A DNA stretch of 64,000 nucleotides from a virus (lineage: Duplodnaviria; Caudoviricetes): positions 1 through 64,000 of the IMG/VR virus record IMGVR_UViG_3300030708_002923; one strand, 5' to 3'. Of the stretch, positions 1 through 8,663 are shown one piece after another; the first letter of the stretch is position 1, and each line of letters opens with the position of its first letter. A program made the translations under genes and the position numbers. Below the pieces are notes generated by a model. The model was given only the letters and a program-made list of their open reading frames with translations. It was not told the DNA's origin and made no database searches.

Positions 1-3000
1 TTTCGAATACCTGACGAATAAACTCTGTGTTTTCGAGACCACCAGTGTCTGATTGAAAGTAGTATTCACCACCTTTTATTTCTTCGTAAATGTCCAGCGC
101 GTCTATCTCTCCATCATCAGAGTTTTCTACAATAAAACTTTTTAATTTTTGCGCATCAGTGCGATTATCGAAATCATACGCAACATCATCAATGGCCTCA
201 AGCAAGTCGATTACTGAGCCGCTTTCATCAACGATGTCACCGGCCTCGTCGTACTCAAACTCCAGATTAAACGTCGTCCTGCCCTTAGTGCCGGATGGGT
301 CCAAGTAGACGGGGTTCTCGATATTTACATACGTCTTCATGACGCTAAAGTTTTCGTCACCAAGTACTCTCTTTCGGGCGATTGTATCAATCAAAATGTT
401 TTCTACTGATCCAGCAACTTCACCTGTTGCATTAAGTATGTATGAAACATCTTGTTCTTTGATTGCCTTTTCAAGAAATGGTAATGAAACGCCGCCTACT
501 TCATCAATATAGCGTTTTGCAGCATCTAAAACTTCTTGATCAGGGACTTCATCAAGACCGTCAATGCGATCAATCTCATTCTCCACCCTGTTTTTGATGT
601 CAGGGCCTTCTGCGCGAGCATAGTTGAGGTTTACATCGTCAACATTGTCGCTGAAGTAGATGGCCGAGCCAAACGCGCCTTCAGATGAACCTAGACGAAA
701 CTCATTAAAGTCGCCCGATGTTCCATGAAATACGGGCAACACTTCGCCATCTTCATCGACTACCTTGGAGTTACCAAACTTTCTCTTAAAGTATGGAGAC
801 TCTGTACCCATTTCGCGCCACAAACGAGCAGCCTCAACAGCCTCATCTTCAGTCTTGGCACCGGCTGTGGCTACGTCTGTGGCGGCGGGCTTGCGTAGGT
901 CTATTCTGTCAGTGTCAAAAACAACATAAATATCATCAATTTCACCCGCTTTACCGTCATAGACATTCTTGATGATTACGCCATCAAACTGATCCATACC
1001 TCCAACCTCGCGCATCTGTGCGAGTATTTTTTTGTCCATATCGAGCGACCAGGCATCACCCTTGGCATCAAAAACGAACGGCTCTTGAAGGTCAACCTTA
1101 ACCTCGTACAGCTTGCCTGATGGAACAAGCGTATGAAACTTCGGAAAATCGCTGTTGGAGTCGTCATAAACATTAAGAATTGTTTTAGTAACTCGATTAA
1201 GTTCTTGTTCTTCTGGGTATTTACGAGTGTCTATGTAGTTGCCTTCAGCATCCTTTAAAAAACCAACATACTCTGTGTGGCTCGTCCCATGATCAACATT
1301 AATTTTGGCTAAAAGCTGTTCTTTTAAACGCTTCTCGTCACGCAAGAGACCCTCATATTCTTCGCGATACTCAGGCTTCAATACCGGGTCTTTCGGGCGG
1401 TAATACTCCGCTGTTGATGGATTTTTAGAAAAACTAATCCCAGGCAGCAAACCACCCTCTTTCTCGCCTGCACGACTTACATCGAAAGCCGTAATGTCTT
1501 CAGCAGGAGATCCATGATAAACCGTTACACCCTTTGATTCTCGCTCAGTGGCTACGTCTGCGGCGGCGGGTGTGGCGGCGGGGGGCTTGGCTGCGTCGGC
1601 AGCACGACCAGCAGCGCGCGCACCCCTTGCACCCTTATACAGAGCCACGCCGCCCATTCCAAGCGCTCCCAATGCAGCAGCCGCTGACAACTCTTCCTCT
1701 TCTGCTGCGGCGGCTCCTACGGCGATTCCAGGCAATGCAACGCTGTACAGCTTTTGTGGCTTGATGACCCTGTCTCTAACTTTGTCGGTTAGTTCAAAGA
1801 AGGGGAACAATTTTTGAGACGAATAAGGATCTCCGTCAGGGTCCAAATCGATAAACGTATTGGAGCGATGTGCTTTTTTCGCTTTATCAAGCCTGACCTT
1901 GTAATCCTCTGATGTCTCCTTTGGTAAACGTTTGGGCGGAACAAACGACTGCTTCTCAGCAATACTTGGAATCAGGGTGTCGTAGAAGTATTGGTTGCCC
2001 TTAAATACCTTTTCAGCTTGCTCGGCGCCTTCCGCAAAGTCTCCACCTCGTTGTTTCAAGTTTTCGAGACGCTGCAGAAACGCCTCTGGTTTACCAATTA
2101 AATCTATGGCTTCACCGGGAGGCAGTGTCACAAGGGGCGTAATTACGTCTGCACGGCTGAAAGCTACACCGTCATAGCCACCGTCCGCAGCCTCTCGGAA
2201 GATGCGGTTAATCGCAAGTTTAAGCCATTCTTTGGTGTCTTTTAGGGGGGCGTCTGGTACTCTTTTATCACGACCAATCCGAAACTTGCCTTCTCCTCCA
2301 GCAATCCGTCTGCGAGCGATTGCAATTGCGTCGTCAGCGTTATTAACAATCGTACCAACATTTTCATCAGGAACAACATTGGTGACGAAAACGCCGCGAT
2401 CGTCTCGGACTTCAAAATATCCGCCCTTATCGGTTGCGATTAAATTTTTAGAAAATCTAGGTCCGATTTGATATCCACGTGACCGGCCCTTCTGATGCCA
2501 ATCAGACTGGATCTCTTCTACAAACAGAATCTTGCGGCCCCTGTCATCGATACGGTCCTTGGTGCGAATGTGAACCAAAACGTTGGGTATGTCCCTGTGG
2601 TGGGATTCGGTGAAAATATATCTTCCCATTACAGAATCAGGCAGTATATGCTCGCCACTATTTAGAAGACTAATCGCGTAATCTTTTGCTTCGCTCGGAG
2701 AATCGAAAAACGGGACTGAACCGGAGGATCGAGTGCCAAGTCCTCCAGCAGGTTTACCAGGACCAACTATTTCGCCATCAGGACCGAATACTTGATATTT
2801 TTCACGGATGCTTTCTTTTATGCCCGGTAAGTTTTTGTAACGATCACCCGCTTTTACTACTTCATAGCCCTCGGGCAACTCCGTGAATTGCTTCGTCGGA
2901 ACAGTCAGCAAAATCTCTTGGTAGTTGTCGCCGTAAGGAGCCGTGTACTCTTCCCATCTTGGGGAAAGGTCTTTTCGGCCCTTGCTCCAAGCATCATATG

Positions 3001-5086
3001 TTTCCTTATACTCTTTTTGGGACCGAAGATATTCTTGGTACTTTGGCGAAGCCTGAAACTTGCGCAATGCAGCCAACCGGGTTTCGGCCTCGGGCATCTT
3101 GTTAAGAGCCCTTGCTATATCATCAAGGTTTTCGTGCTGATTAAGGACGATACTGCCTGTTCCGTAAGGTGTATCGGAAATTAATTGAACTATGTTTGAG
3201 CGAGCCTCATCAACTAGCTTCTTATACTCAGGATCAGCCAGCTTCGCGTTGATCGTGTTGCGTGCCTCAGTGATCAGTGCAGCATCTTCAGGTGTCCAAC
3301 TAGACCGGGGCCATTTCGTGCTCAAATTCTTTAGTCGTTGTACAATCTCCACCATGTCGCCAGGAACATCATCAAGAATATCAACCGCTTCGATCCAGAC
3401 AACATAATCAGCGTACAGTTTGGTGAAGTGGGTCGAGTTATCCGAAAACCTGTGCATTTGATCGGTAACGTCTTCGCCAGGAGCAAGTATTCTCGCTACA
3501 GCCTTCGCATCGTCATACAGATCATTATAAGCCTTAGTTACCTTAGTGTTGAGATTGTCTAGCCGTCTTGCAACATCTTTTGGAATTTTTTGTGACTCAT
3601 TACTGAGCCTCACCTCGTCGATCTGGACCTTGTTGTCATCCAGATGTTTGATCAACTCGTCCTTGGTGATGCTCTTTTTGCCCGCTGCCTTTGCTTGCTC
3701 CACAAACTCAGCGACCTTGGTGTCAGCAATCTCAGACTTCGTCGCACCACCGCTTCTCAACGTTGAAATAACGGCATCCACGCCCGTCTTGTTTTGAAGC
3801 TTTTCAATAGCAGCCTTTTCTAAAGTAGACTCAAATACCGGGTCTTTTGCTGCAATCGCCTGTTTACCTTGAGTGGGAATAATTTGAAAGGCGTCAAAAA
3901 CTACGTACTCCACCCCATCAACACCAGAACTCCTTACACCATCAAAGCCATCGGCCCTCATAGCAGCCGTTATTACGCTTGGAGGGACAATACCCGACAA
4001 GTCTGTTGTCTTTTCCAGAGCCTCCATCTTCTCATCAACGTACCGTTTTGACGATGACTGAGTTTCTAAATGCTTACGGATTGTGGTCTTTCCTGCTTCA
4101 CCAAAAGACGACTCACCCACGATAAAAGGATTCTTAATATCCAAAAAGGCTTCGACTACTCGACCCCCTTCGCCCGCATATGTAGAGGCTGACGCTTTCG
4201 ATGGAGTAAAGTAAGTGCCCTGACCCTCAGTTTGTTCTGGCTTTGAACCGAGAGTCCTACCCTCCATTCGGGCCGTGTCAAACTCGTCAAACTGCCTCGG
4301 AGTCCCATGATAAACGCGCAAAGGCTCACCAGCATCATCAACGACTGTTGTTTCTTTCAAAGATGCTGCAATCGCCTCTTCTGCCTTCGACAAACTGGCT
4401 GCATCGACCTTCATTGCCGCTTTCAAGCGAGCACCGCTCAATAAATTACCAACCAACGGTGCAGCACCCAACGCAGTAGCTGCAAGCTGAATACCACCAG
4501 CAACACCCGATATACCAGCAGCAGTCAGATGCGCTGCCCTCTGTTCAGGATCTCGCACCGCCAATCGACCAGACTGAACGGCAGAAGTCACATCAGAAGT
4601 TCCTGTAATGTCCACAAGGCTAGAAACATCAGCAACGTTACGAATAGTCTCAGGATCACCCGCCATAACGTCTTCATAAACTTCGCCTGCAAACTCTTTG
4701 TACACCTCACCGCGAGCCTTCGGATCTCGAAGAAACCGCTGCTCTTCTTGCGAGGCCGCTAAACTCAAAGCCTTCATTTGTTCGAGAAACTGCCCCTCCC
4801 AAGGCTCGGGCTTCCGCGTCAAAAATGATTCCGCCTCTTTGCGCTCACGCTCGTCCTCACGCGCATCAATTGCGGCAAACCATCGATCCGACTGATCCTG
4901 ATCCATGCCAGCAGGAACCGTAAACCCACGGTACTCAGGACGTACCGACTCTTCACGAATCTGATTGTATCGATCCGACACAGAGGAATCATATTGTCCA
5001 GGTTCAACCGGCACTTTTAGAGGCTGTCCGACTTCCTTGCGAAAGCCCGACATGCCGCGCATCAATACGTCATCTGATGACGCCAT
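1..5086 (-). CDS. Giant polyvalent protein (>1695 codons, 3' end beyond window) with three ART-PolyVal-like ADP-ribosyltransferase domains and an EEIQSDW domain
   Basis: Not in the ORF track. ATG at 5086 (MASSDDVLMRG) directly follows the stop of 5091..5483. Frame checked at 4312, 2500, 1516, 727 and 25. Motifs: VYHGTPRQFDEF..GQGTYFT..ASTYA..DGFDGV..YVVFD; VYHGSPAEDITAFD..FDGVIIKNVYD..YVVFD; VFHGTSGDFNEF..GSAIYFSD; and VHIRTKDR..LFVEEIQSDWHQKG. Confidence 0.8.
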   Translation of the reverse strand, partial: MASSDDVLMRGMSGFRKEVGQPLKVPVEPGQYDSSVSDRYNQIREESVRPEYRGFTVPAGMDQDQSDRWFAAIDAREDERERKEAESFLTRKPEPWEGQFLEQMKALSLAASQEEQRFLRDPKARGEVYKEFAGEVYEDVMAGDPETIRNVADVSSLVDITGTSDVTSAVQSGRLAVRDPEQRAAHLTAAGISGVAGGIQLAATALGAAPLVGNLLSGARLKAAMKVDAASLSKAEEAIAASLKETTVVDDAGEPLRVYHGTPRQFDEFDTARMEGRTLGSKPEQTEGQGTYFTPSKASASTYAGEGGRVVEAFLDIKNPFIVGESSFGEAGKTTIRKHLETQSSSKRYVDEKMEALEKTTDLSGIVPPSVITAAMRADGFDGVRSSGVDGVEYVVFDAFQIIPTQGKQAIAAKDPVFESTLEKAAIEKLQNKTGVDAVISTLRSGGATKSEIADTKVAEFVEQAKAAGKKSITKDELIKHLDDNKVQIDEVRLSNESQKIPKDVARRLDNLNTKVTKAYNDLYDDAKAVARILAPGEDVTDQMHRFSDNSTHFTKLYADYVVWIEAVDILDDVPGDMVEIVQRLKNLSTKWPRSSWTPEDAALITEARNTINAKLADPEYKKLVDEARSNIVQLISDTPYGTGSIVLNQHENLDDIARALNKMPEAETRLAALRKFQASPKYQEYLRSQKEYKETYDAWSKGRKDLSPRWEEYTAPYGDNYQEILLTVPTKQFTELPEGYEVVKAGDRYKNLPGIKESIREKYQVFGPDGEIVGPGKPAGGLGTRSSGSVPFFDSPSEAKDYAISLLNSGEHILPDSVMGRYIFTESHHRDIPNVLVHIRTKDRIDDRGRKILFVEEIQSDWHQKGRSRGYQIGPRFSKNLIATDKGGYFEVRDDRGVFVTNVVPDENVGTIVNNADDAIAIARRRIAGGEGKFRIGRDKRVPDAPLKDTKEWLKLAINRIFREAADGGYDGVAFSRADVITPLVTLPPGEAIDLIGKPEAFLQRLENLKQRGGDFAEGAEQAEKVFKGNQYFYDTLIPSIAEKQSFVPPKRLPKETSEDYKVRLDKAKKAHRSNTFIDLDPDGDPYSSQKLFPFFELTDKVRDRVIKPQKLYSVALPGIAVGAAAAEEEELSAAAALGALGMGGVALYKGARGARAAGRAADAAKPPAATPAAADVATERESKGVTVYHGSPAEDITAFDVSRAGEKEGGLLPGISFSKNPSTAEYYRPKDPVLKPEYREEYEGLLRDEKRLKEQLLAKINVDHGTSHTEYVGFLKDAEGNYIDTRKYPEEQELNRVTKTILNVYDDSNSDFPKFHTLVPSGKLYEVKVDLQEPFVFDAKGDAWSLDMDKKILAQMREVGGMDQFDGVIIKNVYDGKAGEIDDIYVVFDTDRIDLRKPAATDVATAGAKTEDEAVEAARLWREMGTESPYFKRKFGNSKVVDEDGEVLPVFHGTSGDFNEFRLGSSEGAFGSAIYFSDNVDDVNLNYARAEGPDIKNRVENEIDRIDGLDEVPDQEVLDAAKRYIDEVGGVSLPFLEKAIKEQDVSYILNATGEVAGSVENILIDTIARKRVLGDENFSVMKTYVNIENPVYLDPSGTKGRTTFNLEFEYDEAGDIVDESGSVIDLLEAIDDVAYDFDNRTDAQKLKSFIVENSDDGEIDALDIYEEIKGGEYYFQSDTGGLENTEFIRQVFE

Positions 5087-5090
5087 CTTA

Positions 5091-5483
5091 CTAAGACCCG
5101 ATTAGAGTTACTTGAACCGTTCCAGTTGGTGCGGTCGTGCCAGCAATCCCGCTTTCGGTCGTCACCGCCATGTGAGTATGATTGCCCGACGAAAACGCAA
5201 GACCCTGCGGAATGTACATCTCAACACTACTTGAAGCAGGACACTTCATGATAAACACTGGCACAGTCGTTCCAACTGTAGTCGATTGAGCCGTTGCAGA
5301 GGTATCCTCGTACAACTTCAAGTAGACCGTTTCAGTAGTATTCGCACTGTTGTTCAAGTTGATAGCAAATAACGTTGCACCCTGTTTTGCAAATACATTA
5401 GCCACAGCAGTTGCAGTTGCTGCAGTCTCCTTGAAAATCAAGGTTCCAAGAGGATTACTTACTGTTTTTAGAATATCTGCCAT
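5091..5483 (-). CDS. Small beta-rich putative virion protein (paralogue family of 4)
   Basis: 130 aa, Thr/Ala-rich; shares VYLKL..VGTT.P..CPA..P.G pattern with 35090..35464. Confidence 0.55.
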   Translation of the reverse strand: MADILKTVSNPLGTLIFKETAATATAVANVFAKQGATLFAINLNNSANTTETVYLKLYEDTSATAQSTTVGTTVPVFIMKCPASSSVEMYIPQGLAFSSGNHTHMAVTTESGIAGTTAPTGTVQVTLIGS

Positions 5484-5492
5484 CTCAGAACC

Positions 5493-5867
5493 TCACTGAT
5501 AAACAACGGTGACAATAACATTGCTCGACGGATCGGATACATTTGCCAGAGCGCCACTCTGCACACACCGCAAAGACAAGCCATTGGCAATCGTTAGACC
5601 CGTTGGAAACGAAAGCAAGCGACGAGCACCGCCAGCAATAATAAACTGATAATCAACCTCGGTAGCGTCAACGTCGATTCCACCATCTACAAGATTGTCA
5701 TACAGTTTCAATACCGAGTTATCACTTGTATTTGCAGTGTTGTCTACAAAGATAGAATATACAGTTCCAGGTCCATTCGTAATATTCTGAAGCGTTGAAC
5801 TACCTAAATCATCTTCGACTACAACCTTGTATGTCGTGTACGAATTGTCGAGTGTTGTTGTTGCCAT
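5493..5867 (-). CDS. Small beta-rich putative virion protein (paralogue family of 4)
   Basis: 124 aa; NITNGPGTVYSI..N..VLKLYD resembles NVTGGPGMLHSV..N..VYVKLFN of 35090..35464; GGAGAG RBS. Confidence 0.55.
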   Translation of the reverse strand: MATTTLDNSYTTYKVVVEDDLGSSTLQNITNGPGTVYSIFVDNTANTSDNSVLKLYDNLVDGGIDVDATEVDYQFIIAGGARRLLSFPTGLTIANGLSLRCVQSGALANVSDPSSNVIVTVVYQ

Positions 5868-5914
5868 GCTCTCTCCAACAAAATGTTCTTGTCAACATTA
5901 CCGCATATACAACT

Positions 5915-5958
5915 AAAAGCAAACAAAGAAAAAGACCCTACCAGAGCAAGTAGGGCCT
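5915..5958 (-). terminator. Intrinsic terminator after rusA
   Basis: On the minus strand AGGCCCUAC/GUAGGGUCU stem followed by UUUUCUUUGUUUGCUUUU. Confidence 0.7.
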
Positions 5959-6022
5959 TTAACAAACAGACAGGAGAGTCAAACAATGAAACATGACTCC
6001 CGAAAACTATAGCACTATGCAA

Positions 6023-6571
6023 TCACCACGGCAAATCGTGAAGGAAGCCGTCGTCCTCTTCTTGAAAAACTTCCATCAATGTCTTGCCCATTGTTCGCGA
6101 TGCCGTGTCCCACCAGCCCTCAACAGGCTCTATGCCTGCTGGTCTAAGACGCAAACACAGCCTCGGGCCACGATCACGCTCAGAATAGAAGTCCTGTATC
6201 GTTACCTTCACTGCCAACGCGTCATCTCGCAGTACCCCTGCCATCACCAGCGCATCCAGCGCACATTTGCAAATGTTGTCTGCATCTGGCTTAGATTGCT
6301 TCCAAATCACGTGATCTGGGTCTTTTTTGCGCAATAAACGCTTCGGTCGGTGAGAAAATGCCGCTATTTCGACCTCTACAGGCTCGTCAAGTGGCGCTTT
6401 TCGCCAAACACTTGTCATCACCATTGCCGCAGAACGCTCCCAATCTGCCGTCTTTTTCGGTGTATATAGGCGCACTTTGCCGCCAATAGACGCTCCCCGT
6501 GGCCTTCCTTTGCCTATCGGGTCGCCAGGAACCTCAACCATGTATATCCAATCACTCATATTCTTCCTCAT
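6023..6571 (-). CDS. rusA: RusA-family Holliday junction resolvase
   Basis: VPGDPIGKGRPR..YTPKKT..KPDADNICKCALDAL..GVLRDDA, typical RusA motifs; start may be 6559. Confidence 0.85.
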   Translation of the reverse strand: MRKNMSDWIYMVEVPGDPIGKGRPRGASIGGKVRLYTPKKTADWERSAAMVMTSVWRKAPLDEPVEVEIAAFSHRPKRLLRKKDPDHVIWKQSKPDADNICKCALDALVMAGVLRDDALAVKVTIQDFYSERDRGPRLCLRLRPAGIEPVEGWWDTASRTMGKTLMEVFQEEDDGFLHDLPW

Positions 6572-6866
6572 GCCACTCCATTAAATGATTCCTCAACCTC
6601 TCTATCGACGGAACACCCTCCATTTGAGAACTTGCCATATGCAACTCGTCAACCACCACAAACAACGCACGGATTAGCTGACGATTATCCTTTCTCTTCT
6701 CCAGATCGTTCAATGCCCACGGAATGTCCAATCTTGATGGCACCCTCTTGCACCAGTGCGGAACTGAACGCCATTCATCCTGCTTGCTTGCCTTGTCAGA
6801 CAACCACGAGTACCACTCACCAATCGCAACGCGTAGGTTGCGAGATACAAAAGATGGATCAAGCAT
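6552..6866 (-). CDS. Hypothetical protein (104 aa)
   Basis: ATG at 6866 overlaps the TAA of the upstream gene (TAATG coupling). Confidence 0.6.
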   Translation of the reverse strand: MLDPSFVSRNLRVAIGEWYSWLSDKASKQDEWRSVPHWCKRVPSRLDIPWALNDLEKRKDNRQLIRALFVVVDELHMASSQMEGVPSIERLRNHLMEWHEEEYE

Positions 6867-7831
6867 TAGTTCCACTTCGCCATATTCTTGTTCTTGAACG
6901 TAGAGAAATGAAACGGATCGTCTAACTCCGACCACTCTTCCCAATCTGCACACAGAAACAAGTCATCTATCTCATCGACCGTCACACGGACCCAACGAAC
7001 CTGATCCTTGGACGCTACAAACGACAACGGCCTTGGTATGGATTCAGGATCTTCAAGATACTGTATACGGCAACGCTTCCAAAACTCCTGAGTGTTTGGA
7101 TGAGTCCTGCGAGTATGAAGCCTTAAATATGTACCCAACTCAGGCGTTGGAACCTTTTGTATCGCAGCATGGTGCTTTCTGATGGTTTTCTTGAAGTTGT
7201 GCCATTTGCCTTTGCCCACCACAGGCCCATGCTTGAAAATCCAGAAGTGCAGAAACTTAAACGTTGACCACGCCCATCTTGGCTTATCTGAAGGTGTAGT
7301 CTTGTACTGCTTGTACGGATCTGCAGTAATACGCTCTTGGTCGCGATGGTTGTCCAGGTAAACCGCATATGCGTACCTAAACAGCGTCCTTGATGTGCCT
7401 TTTGACCCACGCAAAACAGCAAGTCTGCCATCTGGATCAGATACGGCGATCTGATTGCCATCCTTCGTTATTGACCACTTACCTGTCTCAAACGATTGGC
7501 TTCTTGCCTCTTCAGCCAACTCCCAATCGATATCACCCGACTGATAGCCGGTGTTGTAGTAAGCGGTTTCTACAGGACGCAAAATATCCAAAAACCTTTC
7601 TGACAGGCCGTCATATTTGACCACTACGTCATTTGGCTTCAAATGGCCCTGCGACTTTTCCGGTATCACCGTCAGTCGAACAAACTTTACCTTGGCCTCG
7701 TCAGTAGGCACCGGCAACGCTTCTAAGTACTCGTCTATTTCAGACTCACTGGTAACGGGAACGCCAAGCACACCCTCAATACCAACAGCAGGAAACCGAC
7801 GAGCCAAACATACATAATCATTCATAATCAC
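6866..7831 (-). CDS. Hypothetical protein (321 aa)
   Basis: Long ORF with CCTGGAG RBS and its own promoter; no family recognised. Confidence 0.75.
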   Translation of the reverse strand: MIMNDYVCLARRFPAVGIEGVLGVPVTSESEIDEYLEALPVPTDEAKVKFVRLTVIPEKSQGHLKPNDVVVKYDGLSERFLDILRPVETAYYNTGYQSGDIDWELAEEARSQSFETGKWSITKDGNQIAVSDPDGRLAVLRGSKGTSRTLFRYAYAVYLDNHRDQERITADPYKQYKTTPSDKPRWAWSTFKFLHFWIFKHGPVVGKGKWHNFKKTIRKHHAAIQKVPTPELGTYLRLHTRRTHPNTQEFWKRCRIQYLEDPESIPRPLSFVASKDQVRWVRVTVDEIDDLFLCADWEEWSELDDPFHFSTFKNKNMAKWN

Positions 7832-7842
7832 TCCAGGCTACG

Positions 7843-7871
7843 ACTCTATATTTGTCAAAAGCGCCCGTCAA
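7843..7871 (-). promoter_or_regulatory. sigma70-type promoter
   Basis: TTGACG-N17-TAGAGT upstream of 6866..7831. Confidence 0.6.
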
Positions 7872-8066
7872 CTCTTTGTTTCTAACAAAATCCCCAGGGG
7901 GGCGCTCCGCGCCCCCCGCGCAAACGCCGCAAGCACCACCACCGCCACAGGGGGGCAGAGCCTCGCACACGCGCCCGATTCCGCGCACGGTTCCACCTAT
8001 GGCACCCGGTCAGGGTCCACAAATCCCCGAAAAATCCAGGGGGAAGGCGGCATATCGCGCAGTCGG

Positions 8067-8444
8067 TCACACGGTCCACCCCCACGCGCGCACGGTAGAC
8101 AACGCGCCCCGCATAGCACCACGGGCAACCCCGGCCACGCTACGCGCTACCCCCTGAACACCACGGGCCACGCTACGCGCAACGCGCGCAACGCTACGCG
8201 ATACACGCGCAACAGTAGAACCCACGGGGGGGGTCACAACCTCGGCCACAACTGGAACCTCCACCAAGGGGGCAACCTCGGCCACGCCCACAAGGGGGGC
8301 GGCTATGGTTACCACGCGGGGGGCTCCAGGGATGCGAAGCTGTGGAACCTTCGCCCACGCAACGAACCGACCCGTAGCAGAGCACCGCGCACGCTGGCGG
8401 GGCGCGTCTGCTGAGAGGTTCGAGAATGCGAGTGCGAAAGTCAT
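8067..8444 (-). CDS. Putative leaderless 125-aa protein with VAR-repeat amphipathic C-terminus
   Basis: MTFALAFSNLSADAPRQRARCSATGRF..VARVSRSVARVARSVARGVQGVARSVAGVARG; ATG lies 7 nt after the -10 box. Confidence 0.5.
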   Translation of the reverse strand: MTFALAFSNLSADAPRQRARCSATGRFVAWAKVPQLRIPGAPRVVTIAAPLVGVAEVAPLVEVPVVAEVVTPPVGSTVARVSRSVARVARSVARGVQGVARSVAGVARGAMRGALSTVRAWGWTV

Positions 8445-8450
8445 GACCAT

Positions 8451-8479
8451 ACTATACCCGACCTTGACAGACCTTGCAA
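8451..8479 (-). promoter_or_regulatory. sigma70-type promoter (leftward)
   Basis: TTGCAA-N17-TATAGT. Confidence 0.7.
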
Positions 8480-8508
8480 GGGGGGTGACGTACAAAAAAC
8501 GAAGAAAG

Positions 8509-8601
8509 TTTTTTCTTCAATGATTCTAAGCACTTACAAGATATCATGCATTTTTTTTAAAAAAAGTTTGGTTTTTTTTCTTCAATGATTTCAAGCACTT
8601 A
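8509..8601. repeat. Two 28-bp direct repeats resembling IHF sites
   Basis: TTTTTTCTTCAATGATTCTAAGCACTTA (8509-8536) and TTTTTTCTTCAATGATTTCAAGCACTTA (8574-8601); near the WATCAANNNNTTR consensus with an upstream A/T tract. Confidence 0.55.
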
Positions 8602-8628
8602 GGTGCCCACATTAGAGACGTCCATCGT

Positions 8629-8657
8629 TTGCCATACCTGACAGAGTATGTTCTATT
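8629..8657 (+). promoter_or_regulatory. Possible promoter for the structured RNA
   Basis: TTGCCA-N17-TCTATT; the -10 match is weak. Confidence 0.3.
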
Positions 8658-8663
8658 GTTTGT

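Noticed and set aside
90-4895. Short plus-strand ORFs in 90-4895
   Set aside because: Antisense shadows of the giant minus-strand polyvalent gene
7880-8066. GC-rich G/C-run segment as a genome terminus, or the 7882..8085 ORF
   Set aside because: Hairpins and G-runs are visible but not specific enough to call; needs read-end data
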